A stretch of DNA of 64,000 nt from Octopus sinensis (GCF_006345805.1 NW_021836129.1:310001-374000), one strand, 5' to 3'. Shown: positions 26,167 to 40,511, counted from the stretch's first letter. Numbers and translations: made by a program. The notes: generated from the letters alone by a model not told the origin.

Positions 26167-26949
26167 TCAAAAACAGCAATCAAAATTCAAATTTTTTGAA
26201 ATAAAATAAGCCAGAATACAACAAAGTTTTAATCATAATTTTAAGCTAAAAAGTGAAAGAACTGCTAAAACGAGAAATAATGAATTATTATTAACACGAA
26301 ATTGAATAGGTTCTATCTTCGTCGACTTGGACCTGACCACCCACCATAACCACCTGCAGAGTCACTTCTATATAAAAAAAACTTTAAAAAAATATTAAAA
26401 ACAACTTTTCTAATTGTTAGATCTTTGTTTTCCAAATGAAGGGTCTCGCGGATCTTCAGAATTATCAGAATTACGGTTCCTAGAAGGCCATAAGTTAGCA
26501 TAAATTGGTTCCCGGCTCTGGAAATTAAGAAATTGTTGCTGATAATATTCTTGTTGATATCTCCTTTGGGGATGCCCGTGATCTTCTCTTTTATATTGAT
26601 TTATTGGTTCCTTAAGCTGATTTTGCTGTTGAGAAAAAGTCTCAGGGGTTACTCTGTCCACCCCAGAACTGACCCTTTCATAAACCAATAACTCTAAAAA
26701 CAACGTGATTAGTCTACTTTTTGTTGATGAAAGTAAAACTGGAATTCCAATTTTAGAATTATAACATTTTTCTTCCACAAGAGTCCTTAGTGGCTCAACA
26801 AAAGCATCAATTTCGTTATTTTTTCAAGTCTAATTTTAAACAAAGTAATAACTTTTATACTTGGAGATCAACATGGATCTATAGTGAAGTCCAGTCTTCT
26901 AAGAAGCAGTTCTTTTTTATGCTGATAGTCCATTTGAAAAAGTTTAGTC

Positions 26950-29052
26950 AATCTTCTTAATGTCTTTCATTGTTTTTGTTCATGTTGCTCCGAGCTAACA
27001 TTTCATTCACAAATGGATTTGATTCGGATATATTCAGGATAATTTTAAACTTGAAATTAAAACAAATTAAAAATCTTTTCAGTAAAAACTAAAAAAAACT
27101 TTTCGGTGGGGAGTTTTAGGGGTGAAATCATTAAATTGGTAAACAATATTTAGAATGTTTAAAATCGAGATCATGATTTGTTGATAAATTTTCGACATCA
27201 TCAACAAAAGCCGAAGTCTGCTTATTTGAAATCGCCTGATCTTTTGATGGATGCAATTGTCAGAATAAGGACACAATACTGCACTGTCTTCATTCCCTCT
27301 GTCAGAGTCGGCTTGATTGTTTTGTGTTTTGATTATCTTGCACGAGGGAATTATTTTCTTTCTCCCCAGAATTATCATTTTACTTTTCGTTGGAAAGCCA
27401 TTGGAAATTTGTCGAGCTGGTTATTACCGTTTTGGGAGATCGCGAAGAACACCTAACTCATTCAAATAAATGAAAGAATAAATCGAATGTCTCAAATCTC
27501 TTTTGAGTAGTGATTAAGTAACAGTCAACAGGATTTCTCTCTCCCCTAAGCAATGCCGAATTTTACAAGCACAGGACTTTTGGACTTAGAATGTGCCGAG
27601 AATGTGCCTTTTATTGTATTTCAAAGGTATATTCATTAATCATTTTTAGTATCTAGAGATTTTTAGCTACGACCATAAAATGGTGGAAAACATGATAAAC
27701 GAGCAGTATTCAAAGATGAGCAATGTCTTTACCACCAAGGCCGACAGCTTTGAAGTTTTCACCAACCTTGCCCATCTTTTCTTTTCTTTCATAACAGAGG
27801 CGATGATTAAGCACTTTATAGTTTAATTGTAATGTTTACTGCCAAGATAACTCTAGAAAAGGGGTTAGACTATATTGTTAATCAGAGGGGTAGTGTGTTC
27901 TACTTTTTCGAAACAGAGGTTCCTGTTTTTTAACATTCAAAGAATTTTGCTCTGTGTCTTGAACAGTTTAGATTCTCAAAAGAGGTCTGGTCGTGAGTAG
28001 TCTTCATTATTTCCAGTTAAAATATATTGATTCTACGCTATGATTTCCGGGGTCTTTTCAATCTAGCTAATTTGCTGCTGTGATAAAAATATTCCAATTG
28101 TTCTATTAAAATTTCTATTCCATTAATTTCGCATTTTTTACCAAAATTTTTCGATGATATGATAACCTAAAAAATCTTGCCCGAACCGGATAATTAATGA
28201 AAATTAAACAAGAAAATTATTATTAAACCAGGAAAGTGAACCCAAATAGTAATTCATTAATTATTATCTAATTACATTACACAGAATATTGGTAGGTTCC
28301 GTACAATATATACGGCACATTTGATTTACAGTATCATCTTTAAAGTGCAAGTATACGTCTTGAGCAAACTTTATTACAGAAAAATTTCTAGAACATTTTC
28401 AAAAATAATACTGGCTGACACTTGTAAAAAAATCATCTGATTCTGGGATCAAACTATAATAAGTCAACACACGCAATACGCTTTATGCTTCGCGATGGTG
28501 TGTGCACAAAATGTATTTGATGTTTGAAATCTAAGAGATTCAAATGTAACTAGAAAAACAACATAACATTAATTGATTCTGGACTATATGAGAATGGAAC
28601 GAAGTATTTCTCCTTTGGCATAGTTCTATTTGAGATAAATGTGTCATCATACACGGTTGTCAACGATGCAAGATTTCCCAAAGTGTTCACGTGGATGTAG
28701 GTGAGACTACTGCAGTCTTTCAAATTTCTACCATAATTATAGTCATTTACTCACAAAGTCTCTAGTGGGATAAAGTTACCGTTATTCCCAAAACTGGCAT
28801 CTCCAAGTTGAAACAAATTTGAAGTTGCACAAGTTCTAGAAACAATAAACAGATTATCTACAAATCTGTGAGACTTTTGTGCATATCAAATTTGGTAAAA
28901 GAGTCTTCAAAAGATCTCATGCCCTTTAGAATCATAGTTGTAAGTGTCGAAGAAAAAGAATTTTCATAATCACAGTTAGTCACCTCCGAGGTCGAGAAAT
29001 CGCAAATATCTCCCGAAATGACTGAAAAGACAAAGAAAATATAGGCCAGCAT
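26950..29052 (-). CDS. Candidate lineage-specific secreted or membrane protein gene with micro-introns (copy ~32090-34151)
   Basis: Hydrophobic N-terminus MLAYIFFVFSVISG; open stretches separated by short GT...AG segments; no family recognised; several frame breaks. Confidence 0.3.
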
Positions 29053-29984
29053 TTGAAGGAATTACTTATAAGTTTATTGCCATTTCAATGTTAGCCACTC
29101 AAAATAAGACAAATAATACAACTAAACTTTACTAGAATTTTTAGATATAAACTCACGATAATAAATTTATTGAGAAAATTTATGAAGAACCATCGACGAG
29201 AATTAAAAACTTGACGAATCTGAATTAAACTTAGTCAACCTGTTCAAGACTATAAACAAACATGCAGCCTTCATTTATAACCATCACATTTACTGAATGG
29301 CATTAAGACCTGAGAGTTTGAAAAATTGCTAAAAATATTCGCCGATCTTTAATGGCAATCACTTCTTTATTTTTTTAATTTCAAGAAATAAATTCGGAAG
29401 AGACCCGGAGTCACTTAATAATAAAGAGAAAAAAGTGCCCAATCATTTTTTAGCGAATTTGAAACACAAAGCAAATTTTATCTACACCCTTTTAAAAGAA
29501 TAGTACTTTTCATTAATTATCACTTTTAAATAGTCATTTATTTGAATGCGTCGATCGTCTCATTTCCAACTCTCCTCTTTTGGTATTCCACAATAAAAAT
29601 GACTTTATTTAGTCGTTTTGTGACGACTTTGTCTTCAACTCCTAGGGGGCAAATCGTCGTTCTAGAGAGTTGACTTACTCTTTGCTGACCAAAATAGCCA
29701 CGACGCTCTCCAATTTAAGTAGGAAATGTTGAGTCGGCTACACCACTACATCCCAGATATGATGTGTTTGTCTTTGACATTTATGCACATAATATTTCTC
29801 CAAGTCATCGCCTTGTGTAATTATTGGTCTTAGTTGGACTGAGTATGTTATTTATATTCCTTATTTCATTCATTTTGAATATGACAGTGGGTGACAGTTC
29901 TGTGATGACTCAGAAAGAATTGATTAAACGCAATTTGTCGGAAAATAACAAAATACAAAATATAATCGGATCATCACAAATAAA

Positions 29985-30677
29985 CTAGACTTGTCCCCTG
30001 AACTTATGAAACTGAACAAAATCCGAATGAATAGCCTTAAGAAGAAACTGCTCTCCACTAATAATCCGCATATACTTGGATCCTGCAATCTGCATTAATT
30101 GATATACCACTCCCACCAGGATATCCTTTAATAACACACACTCAAACACCTTTATAACACTCGGAATATTCCTACAACTCGCCATTTCCACATATTTCCC
30201 CACCAACACTGCACTCTCTATCCCAATCTACCACGGAAACTCTCCACAAGTGACACCACTCGCACAAATTTCTCGGCAGGTCCAACCAAAAGGTCACTTT
30301 CACTACAATTCGACGACCTTTCAACAAGACACTCCAGCAAATCTATAAGTTAGCCAAATTTATACTAACTGTTCATTATGAGGAATATTGACCCTTTAAA
30401 CTTATCGAATTGAGCATGTTGTTTTACTATAATAGCACTCAGCAGACTGCAGTGTCCATTAAATAGACAAAACTGGTCACTCCTTTCCCCAATAAGCATT
30501 AATAACAATTCTACCAAAGAAGGAGACAACAACCGAGTCTAAATATATTAAATAATCAACAATTCACATATTTTAGCCCCAATAAGTAAGACAGGAAATC
30601 CAAATGTATTAACCACAGAGAACCAAGTTTGACGACCCTCTCAATTATCTAAGGAATATAAAAAGGTGTTTTACTGA
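29985..30677 (-). pseudogene. Duplicated 3' end of the URB2-like gene, cut off at the LINE junction
   Basis: Same terminal exons as 35046-35736 (…KAIHSDFVQFHKFRGQV*); the upstream part of the gene is absent. Confidence 0.8.
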
Positions 30678-32070
30678 CGTTATTTATAAACATATTCGTG
30701 GTCAACGAAACAAAGTTAAAGCAGGATCGGTACGTAGTTGATGGCTACAACTGCTGTCACATACCCTGGAAAACAGGGGTCAACATGTGGCACTGGAACT
30801 AGCCTCTTCTACAAGCCGTACCTTGCTCTCCGAAGCTCAGGTTTATGTTCTTGTAGCCTATGTGAATATTGTTAATCAGAGGGGTAGTGGGCTATGGGAA
30901 GCTCATGATGGCTATGGGAAGCCTCATGATGTCCCGGGGGATACAGGCCCATTTCCTTGCTTCCCGCTATATCTAAAATCCTAGAAAGGATCATGCACCG
31001 AAGGCTCCTGGAGGAGCTGACGGTGGTTGACGCCCTCCCGGAGTTCCAATGGGGATTCAGGCAGGGTCGTTCATGTGGAGATGCTTGTGGAAGGTGTCTT
31101 CCGAATGAAGAACGCCTCCAGAAAAGGGAGTGTGGTATGTTAGTTAGTCTTGACATAGAAAAGGCCTTCGACTCGGTGTGGCACGACGGCCTGCGAAGTT
31201 CCCTCGCCACGTGTGGGGTTCTCCGTGTCTAAGGCGCTGGCTGTCGGGGTCCTCGAATCTCGCGGTCAGGTCGTGCGACCCAGGGGGTCTTTTCTAAAGT
31301 CGCACAGTCCTTCGCGGGGTCCCTCAGGGTTCTGTGTGAGTCCCACACTGTTTAATATCTTTATGGCCTCTGCACCTATGCAGTCAATGCTCGTACTGGA
31401 ATGGTGATCTATGCAGACGACATTATCCTCTGGGATCAGTCGATTGTGAAACAGAGTGTGCGTGTCGTAGGCTACAGGTTGCTGTGGATGAACTTGTAAA
31501 CTGGTGTGGGAGTAGGGTCTAAAGATGTGTGCGGGACAAGTGCAGGTCCTTAAAGTCTGTAAAGGACGAGGGGTTACACTAATTTTATCCCTAGGTTATC
31601 GCTGGACGGGTCAGCGATCGCTGTAGTTGATCGGACAACTTACTTGGGCGTGGTCTTCAAGCAGTCAGGTAAGTTCGATGATCACATTGCACGTACTAAA
31701 ATGCGTGCAATGCAGCGATTAGGCGCGTTGCGTGCTTTCCACTTGAGGAGAGGTGCCTGGTCCGGTGTTCAACGCCATGGTGTTACCCGTGTTAACCTAT
31801 GGCGTGCACGCTTGGACCTTCTGCGAGGACAGGGAGAAAGTACGTTGACGCGCTAAGGAAAGAAAGAAGTAAGAAGACGAGCCATCCGGAGCCTATGGCT
31901 TAGGATGGCGTGATGAGCTCTCCAACGCCCAGGAATTGTCCCTCAAAGGGCTCTCTGAGGTCCTAGGAAGATAATGACTGGGTGGCAGGTAAGACGGTAA
32001 GTCCTAACCTGTGGTTGTGTAGAGAGGCGAGCGTTGTGTGTGCTGGACCGAAAAGGCAAGAATGCCGAAG
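30678..32070 (+). mobile_element. Degenerate, internally deleted Jockey/I-group LINE
   Basis: YRPISLLPAISKILERI, QWGFRQGRS, SLDIEKAFDSVWHDGL, GVPQGS.SPTLFNIF, YADDI and YLGVVF; many frameshifts. Confidence 0.9.
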
Positions 32071-35000
32071 AGTCCATTTGAAAAAGTTTAGTCAATCTTC
32101 TTAATGTCTTTCATTGTTTTTGTTCATGTTGCTCCGAGCTAACATTTCATTCACAAATGGATTTGATTCGGATATATTCAGGATAATTTTAAACTTGAAA
32201 TTAAAACAAATTAAAAATCTTTTCAGTAAAAACTAAAAAAAAACTTTTCGGTGGGGAGTTTTAGGGGTGAAATCATTAAATTGGTAAACAATATTTAGAA
32301 TGTTTAAAATCGAGATCATGATTTGTTGATAAATTTTCGACATCATCAACAAAAGCCGAAGTCTGCTTATTTGAAATCGCCTGATCTTTTGATGGATGCA
32401 ATTGTCAGAATAAGGACACAATACTGCACTGTCTTCATTCCTCTGTCAGAGTCGGCTGATTGTTTTGTGTTTTGATTATCTTGCACGAGGGAATTATTTT
32501 CTTTCTCCCCAGAATTATCATTTTACTTTTCGTTGGAAAGCCATTGGAAATTTGTCGAGCTGGTTATTACCGTTTTGGGAGATCGCGAAGAACACCTAAC
32601 TCATTCAAATAAATGAAAGAATAAATCGAATGTCTCAAATCTCTTTGAGTAGTGATTAAGTAACAGTCAACAGGATTTCTCTCTCCCCTAAGCAATGCCG
32701 AATTTTACAAGCACAGGACTTTGGACTTAGAATGTGCCGAGAATGTGCCTTTTATTGTATTTCAAAGGTATATTCATTAATCATTTTAGTATCTAGAGAT
32801 TTTAGCTACGACCATAAAATGGTGGAAAACATGATAAACGAGCAGTATTCAAAGATGAGCAATGTCTTTACCACCAAGGCCGACAGCTTTGAAGTTTCAC
32901 CAACCTTGCCCATCTTTCTTTTCTTTCATAACAGAGGCGATGATTAAGCACTTTATAGTTTAATTGTAATGTTTACTGCCAAGATAACTCTAGAAAAGGG
33001 TTAGACTATATTGTTAATCAGAGGGGTAGTGTGTTCTACTTTTTCGAAACAGAGGTTCCTGTTTTTTAACATTCAAAGAATTTGCTCTGTGTCTTGAACA
33101 GTTTAGATTCTCAAAAGAGGTCTGGTCGTGAGTAGTCTTCATTATTTCCAGTTAAAATATATTGATTTTGCTGCGTGTGATAAAAATATCCAATTGTTCT
33201 ATTAAAATTTCTATTCCATTAATTTCGCATTTTTTTACCAAAAATTTTCGATGATATGATAACCTAAAAAATCTTGCCCGAACCGGATAATTAATGAAAA
33301 TTAAACAAGAAAATTATTATTAAACCAGGAAAGTGAACCCAAATAGTAATTCATTAATTATTATCTAATTACATTACACAGAATATTGGTAGGTTCCGTA
33401 CAATATATACGGCACATTTGATTTACAGTATCATCTTTAAAGTGCAAGTATACGTCTTGAGCAAACTTATTACAGAAAAATTTCTAGAACATTTTCAAAA
33501 ATAATACTGGCTGACACTTGTAAAAAAATCATCTGATTCTGGGATCAAACTATAATAAGTCAACACACGCAATACGCTTTATGCTTCGCGATGGTGTGTG
33601 CACAAAATGTATTTGATGTTTGAAATCTAAGAGATTCAAATGTAACTAGAAAAACAACATAACATTAATTGATTCTGGACTATATGAGAATGGAACGAAG
33701 TATTTCTCCTTTGGCATAGTTCTATTTGAGATAAATGTGTCATCATACACGGTTGTCAACGATGCAAGATTTCCCAAAGTGTTCACGTGGATGTAGGTGA
33801 GACTACTGCAGTCTTTCAAATTTCTACCATAATTATAGTCATTTACTCACAAAGTCTCTAGTGGGATAAAGTTACCGTTATTCCCAAAACTGGCATCTCC
33901 AAGTTGAAACAAATTTGAAGTTGCACAAGTTCTAGAAACAATAAACAGATTATCTACAAATCTGTGAGACTTTTGTGCATATCAAATTGGTAAAAGAGTC
34001 TTCAAAAGATGTCATGCCCTTTAGAATCATAGTTGTAAGTGTCGAAGAAAAAGAATTTTCATAATCACAGTTAGTCACCTCCGAGGTCGAGAAATCGCAA
34101 ATATCTCCCGAAATGACTGAAAAGAAAAGACAAGAAAATATAGGCCAGCATTTGAAGGAATTACTTATAAGTTTATTGCCATTTCAATGTTAGCCACTCA
34201 AAATAAGACAAATAATACAACTAAACTTTACTAGAATTTTAGATATAAACTCACGATAATAAATTTATTGAGAAAATTTATGAAGAACCATCGACGAGAA
34301 TAACCTGACAGTTCAAACTTAGTCAACCTGTTCAAACTATAAACAAATATCAATCTTCCTTTATAACTATCACATTTGATGAATGGCATTAAGACCTGAG
34401 AGTTTAAAAATTGCTAAAAATATCCGCCGATCTTTAAAGGACAATACTTCTTTATTTTTTAATTTCAAGAAATAAATTCGGAAGAGACCCGGAGTCACTT
34501 AATAATAAAGAGAAAAAAGTGCCCAATTATTTTTTAGCGAATTTTAAACACAAAGCAAATTTTGTCTACACCCTTTTAAAAGAATAGTACTTTTCATTAA
34601 TTATCACTTTTAAATGGTCATTTATTTGAATGCGTCGATCGTCTCATTTCCAACTCTCCTTTTTTGCTACTACACAATAAAAATGACTTTATTTAGTCGT
34701 TTTGTGACGACTTTGTCTTCAACTCCTAGGGGGCAAATCGTCGTTCTAGAGAGTTGACTTACTCTTTGCTGACCAAAATAGCCACGACGCTCTCCAATTT
34801 AAGTAGGAAATGTTGAGTCAGCTACGTCCCAGATATGATGTGTTTGTCATTGACATTCTGCAAGTCACCGCCATATGTAATCTAATGGTCTTAGTTCGCT
34901 GAGTATGTTATTTATATTCCTTATTTCATTCATTTTGAATATGACAGTGGGTGACAGTGCTGTGATGACTCAGAAAGAATTGATTAAACGCAATTTGTCG

Positions 35001-35736
35001 GAAAATAACAAAAGTACAAAATATAATCGGATCTTCACAAATAAACTAGACTTGTCCCCTGAACTTATGAAACTGAACAAAATCCGAATGAATAGCCTTA
35101 AGAAGACACTGCTCTCCACTAATAATCTGCATATACTTGGATCCTGCAATCTGCATTAATTGATATACCACTCCCACCAGGATATCCTTTAATAACACAC
35201 ACTCAAACACCTTTATAACACTCGGAATATTCCTACAACTCGCCATTTCCACATATTTCCCCACCAACACTGCACTCTCTATCCCAATTCTACCACGGAA
35301 ACTCTCCACAAGTGACACCACTCGCACAAATTTCTCGGCAGGTCCAACCAAAAGGTCACTTTCACTACAATTCGACGACCTTTCAACAAGACACTCCAGC
35401 AAATCTATAAGTTAGCCAATTTTATACTAACTGTTCATTATGAGGAATATTGACCCTTTAAACTTATCGAATTGAGCATGTTGTTTTACTATAATAGCAC
35501 TCAGCAGACTGCAGTGTCCATTAAATAGACAAAACTGGTCACTCCTTTCCCCAATAAGCATTAATAACAATTCTACCAAAGAAGGAGACAACAACCGAGT
35601 CTAAAATATTAAATAATCAATAATTCCATATTTTAGCCCAATAAGTAAGACAGGAAATCCAAATTTATTAACCACAGAGAGCCAAGTTTGACGACCCTCT
35701 CAATTATCTAAGGAATATAAAAACGTGTTTTACTGA
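32071..35736 (+). repeat. 3.7-kb direct duplication, copy 2
   Basis: Matches 26927-30677; its right end runs into the URB2-like coding sequence. Confidence 0.95.
34905..35159 (+). CDS. 84-aa ORF with signal-peptide-like N-terminus, antisense to the URB2-like last exon
   Basis: ATG start, MLFIFLISFILNMTVGDS; the copy-1 counterpart near 29846 is frameshifted; no homology recognised. Confidence 0.25.
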   Translation: MLFIFLISFILNMTVGDSAVMTQKELIKRNLSENNKSTKYNRIFTNKLDLSPELMKLNKIRMNSLKKTLLSTNNLHILGSCNLH

Positions 35737-38510
35737 AGGAATCTCTGCTATTAGTTTCCTGTGGACAGTCTTGGGAAGATTACACTCAAACAGAGCAGCC
35801 AGAACAACACAGGCACCATTACTATGATTCTACAGGATGAATATAACAGCAAACCATAGAATTGATTGCCAAGGACACAACATAATGTATGCATATTATT
35901 TTCTGAACTCGAATAAATGCCACCAACACATCACAGAGGGACTTGGAACATTTCTGTGAGAATGACTGCTCATGTCTCATAAGGGGAAAGAGCATTGAGA
36001 GACATATAAAGGCCAGTTTTCATCAGAGATACAACAACTCTCATTTATCAGTTCTAACCACTCCCCACAGACAAAAGCCAAGAAAGGAGACCCTCGATTG
36101 TAGAAATATTCATTTCCTGTGACAGAATGCTCACGTTAGAAATTAAATGTTGTTTGAATGCCTTGTAGTACAAAGATATTATAGCTTTTGCTATCGAGGA
36201 CAACTTTCCCCTGGCAATCTCAGTGTTTATAATTGCGACTGCGACAGAGAGCAAATCAACATGCGTAAATAAATCATTCATAGACATACAATCCATTAAA
36301 CCATATACTTTTCTAACAATGTTTTTCTATCACAATTCATTCAATACAAATCAACCGATTTAGACACTCTGAATATAAAACAAGTCAACTGTAACATCAT
36401 TCTTTGATCAACACAAACATCCAATTGATGACATAACTACTATTTAAACATATAAAGTACTGTCTCTGTTAAATTCACAGTCCAATCACAGCATAAGTTG
36501 AGTTTGCTGAGAGATTTAGGCAATAAAGGCCATTTTTTAGCATATTTGTAAAAAACTGATTTGGGGCTGATGAAATGAGAGCCTCAACACAGTCTGAGTG
36601 AGTAATGAGCTGACTGAGCAGAGAGTCAATCAACTCTTCAGACTGTTTAACCGAACTCCCCCCACAACTCACAACCCAAAAAATGACCTCACTGACCTTC
36701 CTCTTTTCCACATGACTCAATAACTCAATCCTCAGACAAGACACAATCTAAATAATCAAAATAAATACATAAATAAATATTTCATAATCCACAACAGTCC
36801 CCTCTATCCCCTCTACAGTCTTGATAAGGTCAGCCGAGGATATGAGGAGATTGGTGTAGAGGGGGGACAGTTCAAGCAAGTTGGGGGACTTGAGAAAGTT
36901 ATCAATATCGGGGATGATATTTGGAAGGGTTAAAGAAGAGATTATTAATTTAGCAAACGAGGAGACCATCTGTTGGTTCATAATGGGGATGAGGATACTA
37001 CTATTCGATAGTATAAACACAACATAGTCAGCCAACTCCATCTTTATCATTAATATGATTAAATACATGTTTTTCCAGATATTCCAGACATTCAAAAACA
37101 GCATGGCGGAGTTCTCTGTCATCCCCAATTCCACTTTGTCGTCTTTTCCATGCACCACCAGCACCCACTCGACACTGCCCGACAGGGGAGAGGACAGTGG
37201 TGGCCAGTACTTTAGTCTTTACTCTAATAAGACAAGACTAGTGAGAATAAACAGCACAAATACACCATATTGTGAGTAGATTTACAATTGTCGATAAATT
37301 GATTGACAATTGCACTCATTTCCTCATCAAAGAAGACAGACATGTCAAACAGTGACTGAGTGGATGTACAAACACACTCAAAAAAGGGGAGAAACACACT
37401 CCAACAGGGATAGAAAGACAGTATATCCACCCACATCAACCTACACTCACAAATACCCTCAATACATATTTAAACAGACCAATACAGCTCACACACAACG
37501 ATTGACTGCCCTGTCCATGTTTTTTGAACAATTCACACAAAAACTCAACCAATCCCACACACTTCTCCAGCCGAATACGTATATATTCGACCACCCTCAC
37601 AGCAGTGGGGACAAATGAAGGGTAGGGCACACAACACGACACAATTCTCACATTTTATCAGAATATTCTACTTTGCAGGAGAAGGCACACTCAGTCCTGT
37701 CTTGTAGAGCACGTCGATCAGTCTTTCTATGAATTTGGGACTTGTTCTGAGTTGGCCAGCCAAATCTGCCAGCCTGTCCAAAAGGACTGAGTTCTGGTGG
37801 AGGAGACACTGCCGGAGAATGACACTCAGATATGGCTCGATGATAGCCCAGTCAATATTACTTAAATACTCGAATAGTATTAATGTATTTGGACTATGTG
37901 AGTATAACTTTGTACTTTTCTATGTTCTTTACTGCTTGTTTTACTATATTTATCAAGTCCTTTCGAAAGGGCTCGTCTTTTGGTAAGAAATCGGGGTTTA
38001 GAGAAGACAGAGTCCTCAAATAGCAGGCCAAATCATCCACCAATTCGGTAAAGTTTGACTGTACGTGAGAAAAGTAGATTATTGATAATTCTTTAATTAA
38101 ATTGTAACATAAATCTCCATAGTTATATCTAAAATAAATATTAATAATAAACTTTTGTGTATGTTGATGTGTGTGCAATGTAGTGACAACAAAAACACAC
38201 AAATCACTGAACAAATGGAAGTTTAGTGAGGCAAGACAGGCCATATTCTGCACAATCTGCTGTTCTGTGTCGTCAATGGGGGAATTAGGACAGCCGAGAG
38301 TATTTCATTAAGGAAGGACTCAACCTCGTCTTTGTAGCAAAGATGAGTACACCTCACATCATAAAGAATGGAATACAGTCTGAACAATTCGTTAATAATC
38401 TGGAAATGAGTTCACAGGCAGGCCTACGAGGGTGTGTCCCACCAGATTATTCCACTGAATGACGACTATTTGTGTCAGTAATTGGGCGAGGGAAAAATGG
38501 ACTGGTTGGA
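35046..38510 (-). CDS. Large alpha-helical protein, probably nucleolar pre-ribosome factor URB2/Npa2 (5' end uncertain, possibly ATG at 38802)
   Basis: Many exons split by 22-70 nt introns; C-terminus LLKAIHSDFVQFHKFRGQV* resembles the Urb2 domain end; IINELFRLYSILYDV.SFLNEIL resembles the central URB2 motif. Assignment from memory only. Confidence 0.5.
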
Positions 38511-38877
38511 GCACGTGTTTTGGAATGAGCGCGAAATTTTGGAGGAATTTAAACTGATGTGGTGTGATATGAAATTACTATATTTTTTTGGTTCAATGTT
38601 AGAATGATTTCCAAGTCTTTTTGTGATACATTTTTAATTATTGTTAAATGTGATATTTCATCTTGTAAATATGAACATATTTTAGTTTTTAGATTCTTTA
38701 ATAAATTTGAATATTAAATACATTTAGTTTTATTATTTTCTTTGATGGTATTTGTCCATTGCAATTTTGAAAGGATTCCGATTCCGGCATCACAAGAGAC
38801 ATTATTAAACACGTTAATTTATTACTTAATTAATTAAAATATAAATAATTAAAAATATCCTTAAATATAATAAATAA

Positions 38878-40422
38878 TCATGATTTAAGACGTATGTGAT
38901 ACTCCCCATTAAGTGCACTATATCGAACCCATGAAGATGACTTGTAGAATGCCTTATCAGTAATCGACAACGACCTGATCTATTACACCCACGACTACCT
39001 CACATTGATCCCCGACAGTGTAAAGTTGACCAACTCAAACTCGACAATGATTGGTATAGACAGATAGGTAGTGCTACTGTTCACTAGTGTTGTGGGTAAT
39101 GTGACTTGTGCACTGAGAGTACATGTCCGTTCTTTCTATATAAACATCATAATCACACAAAAATAAAATTATTTGATAATTAATTAAATATAAAATAATT
39201 TAATTAATTATATGGTTAATCAAAAATATAATAAAGAAGGTAACCGAAAGTCCGCGAATAGTCCACACAAGGCAGTTCTGGTTGGGATCGTACTGACACG
39301 TCCCTCTACTGACCTTAATCTGAGGCATAAAAATATCAGAAGGCACAGGAAGAAGTATTTTAACCATTTTTGCAGCAATATTAATCCTACTACTAACCTA
39401 TCCACTACAACAACACAACAACCCTGCCCTGAATCACAAATTGTGACTCATTTCTCTCATATTTGGCACTCACATCGAAAGGAGGCTCATTCTAGGCCAG
39501 TAGTGACACATATAACTGAGAGGGTGATTCGATAGGTCATTAACTCAAACTCTCCATCAGGGGGGATAAACTGGATCACATTCTGCCTCTCAAAATCAGC
39601 CAAGGAGACACACTGGTGGAACTTGACGTCCTCCAACATGACTGATTAGGCACACAATCTACCAGAATGAGGCCTCTGTTCTCCATATTTGGGCAAAATG
39701 ACTCGATCAGCGAACAGTAGCCTCAGTTCAGGCATTCCACTAAGTCTGGTTTTGAGTTTAAGCAGTCCTGTGACGTAGTTATGGACAACATTCCCATTTG
39801 AGTGGATAAGGACATTACTCTTCTCCACCACGTCCAAATAGCACGTGTTGTTGGAGTACTGTAGGCCTGGTGTCCTCCAAGACACAGAATCCGTCACGGA
39901 AGTGGGTGGTTTGGTGATGCGAGGTTTGCGGACAATGAAGGACTTGGAGATTGGTTTTATATATCTGTGGGTGTTGGAGGGGAGTACTCTCGAAGGATGC
40001 CTGGGTCGGTGGTTTGGGGGATCCCCCAGTCGACCAGTTCGTCTAATAGTTCATAGATCAAAGGGCAGTTATCAATTTCCGCAATGTCGGTAAAATCACG
40101 GAAATAGTGTTGGAATACACATATTAGTTGATGTAGGAATTCAAAGCACATTGCTGTATTTGTGTTGGTGTGGGTGAGAACGACGACTAGGGTTATATTG
40201 GCACAATACAGTAATAATTATTGTTTTTTATATATAAGTAATATGTGTCCTCGTCTATCAAGATGGGAGAATTGTGTCCTTCCTCCACTAAAAGGGGGAA
40301 TGATTTGATGCACTGTCCAGATATGTTGGGCATGTATTGACGACATATTAATGGCTATAATAGGTTAGGTTGTTTATTACTTCTGCTGAGTTGTCCAGAA
40401 TATAAATAGCAGATATTGTCAT
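38878..40422 (-). CDS. AP1M1: Clathrin adaptor medium subunit, AP-1 mu type (spliced)
   Basis: MTISAIYILD, IYELLDELVDWGIPQTTD, VTDSVSWR, YLDVVE, LSGMPELRL, DVKFHQCV, FIPPDGEFELMTYR, SGINVR, WVRY..NGEYHIR*. Confidence 0.88.
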
Positions 40423-40511
40423 CTGTTTGACTATCACAACAATACACTTTATTTTTATATTCAATATGTTATTAAACATTATTTATATTAAGGTTTTCTA
40501 AATCAAAAAAA

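Larger units (their letters stand above)
26927..30677 (+). repeat. 3.7-kb direct duplication, copy 1 (copy 2 at 32071-35736)
   Basis: Both start agtccatttgaaaaagtttagtc and end gtgttttactga; high identity with small indels. Confidence 0.95.
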
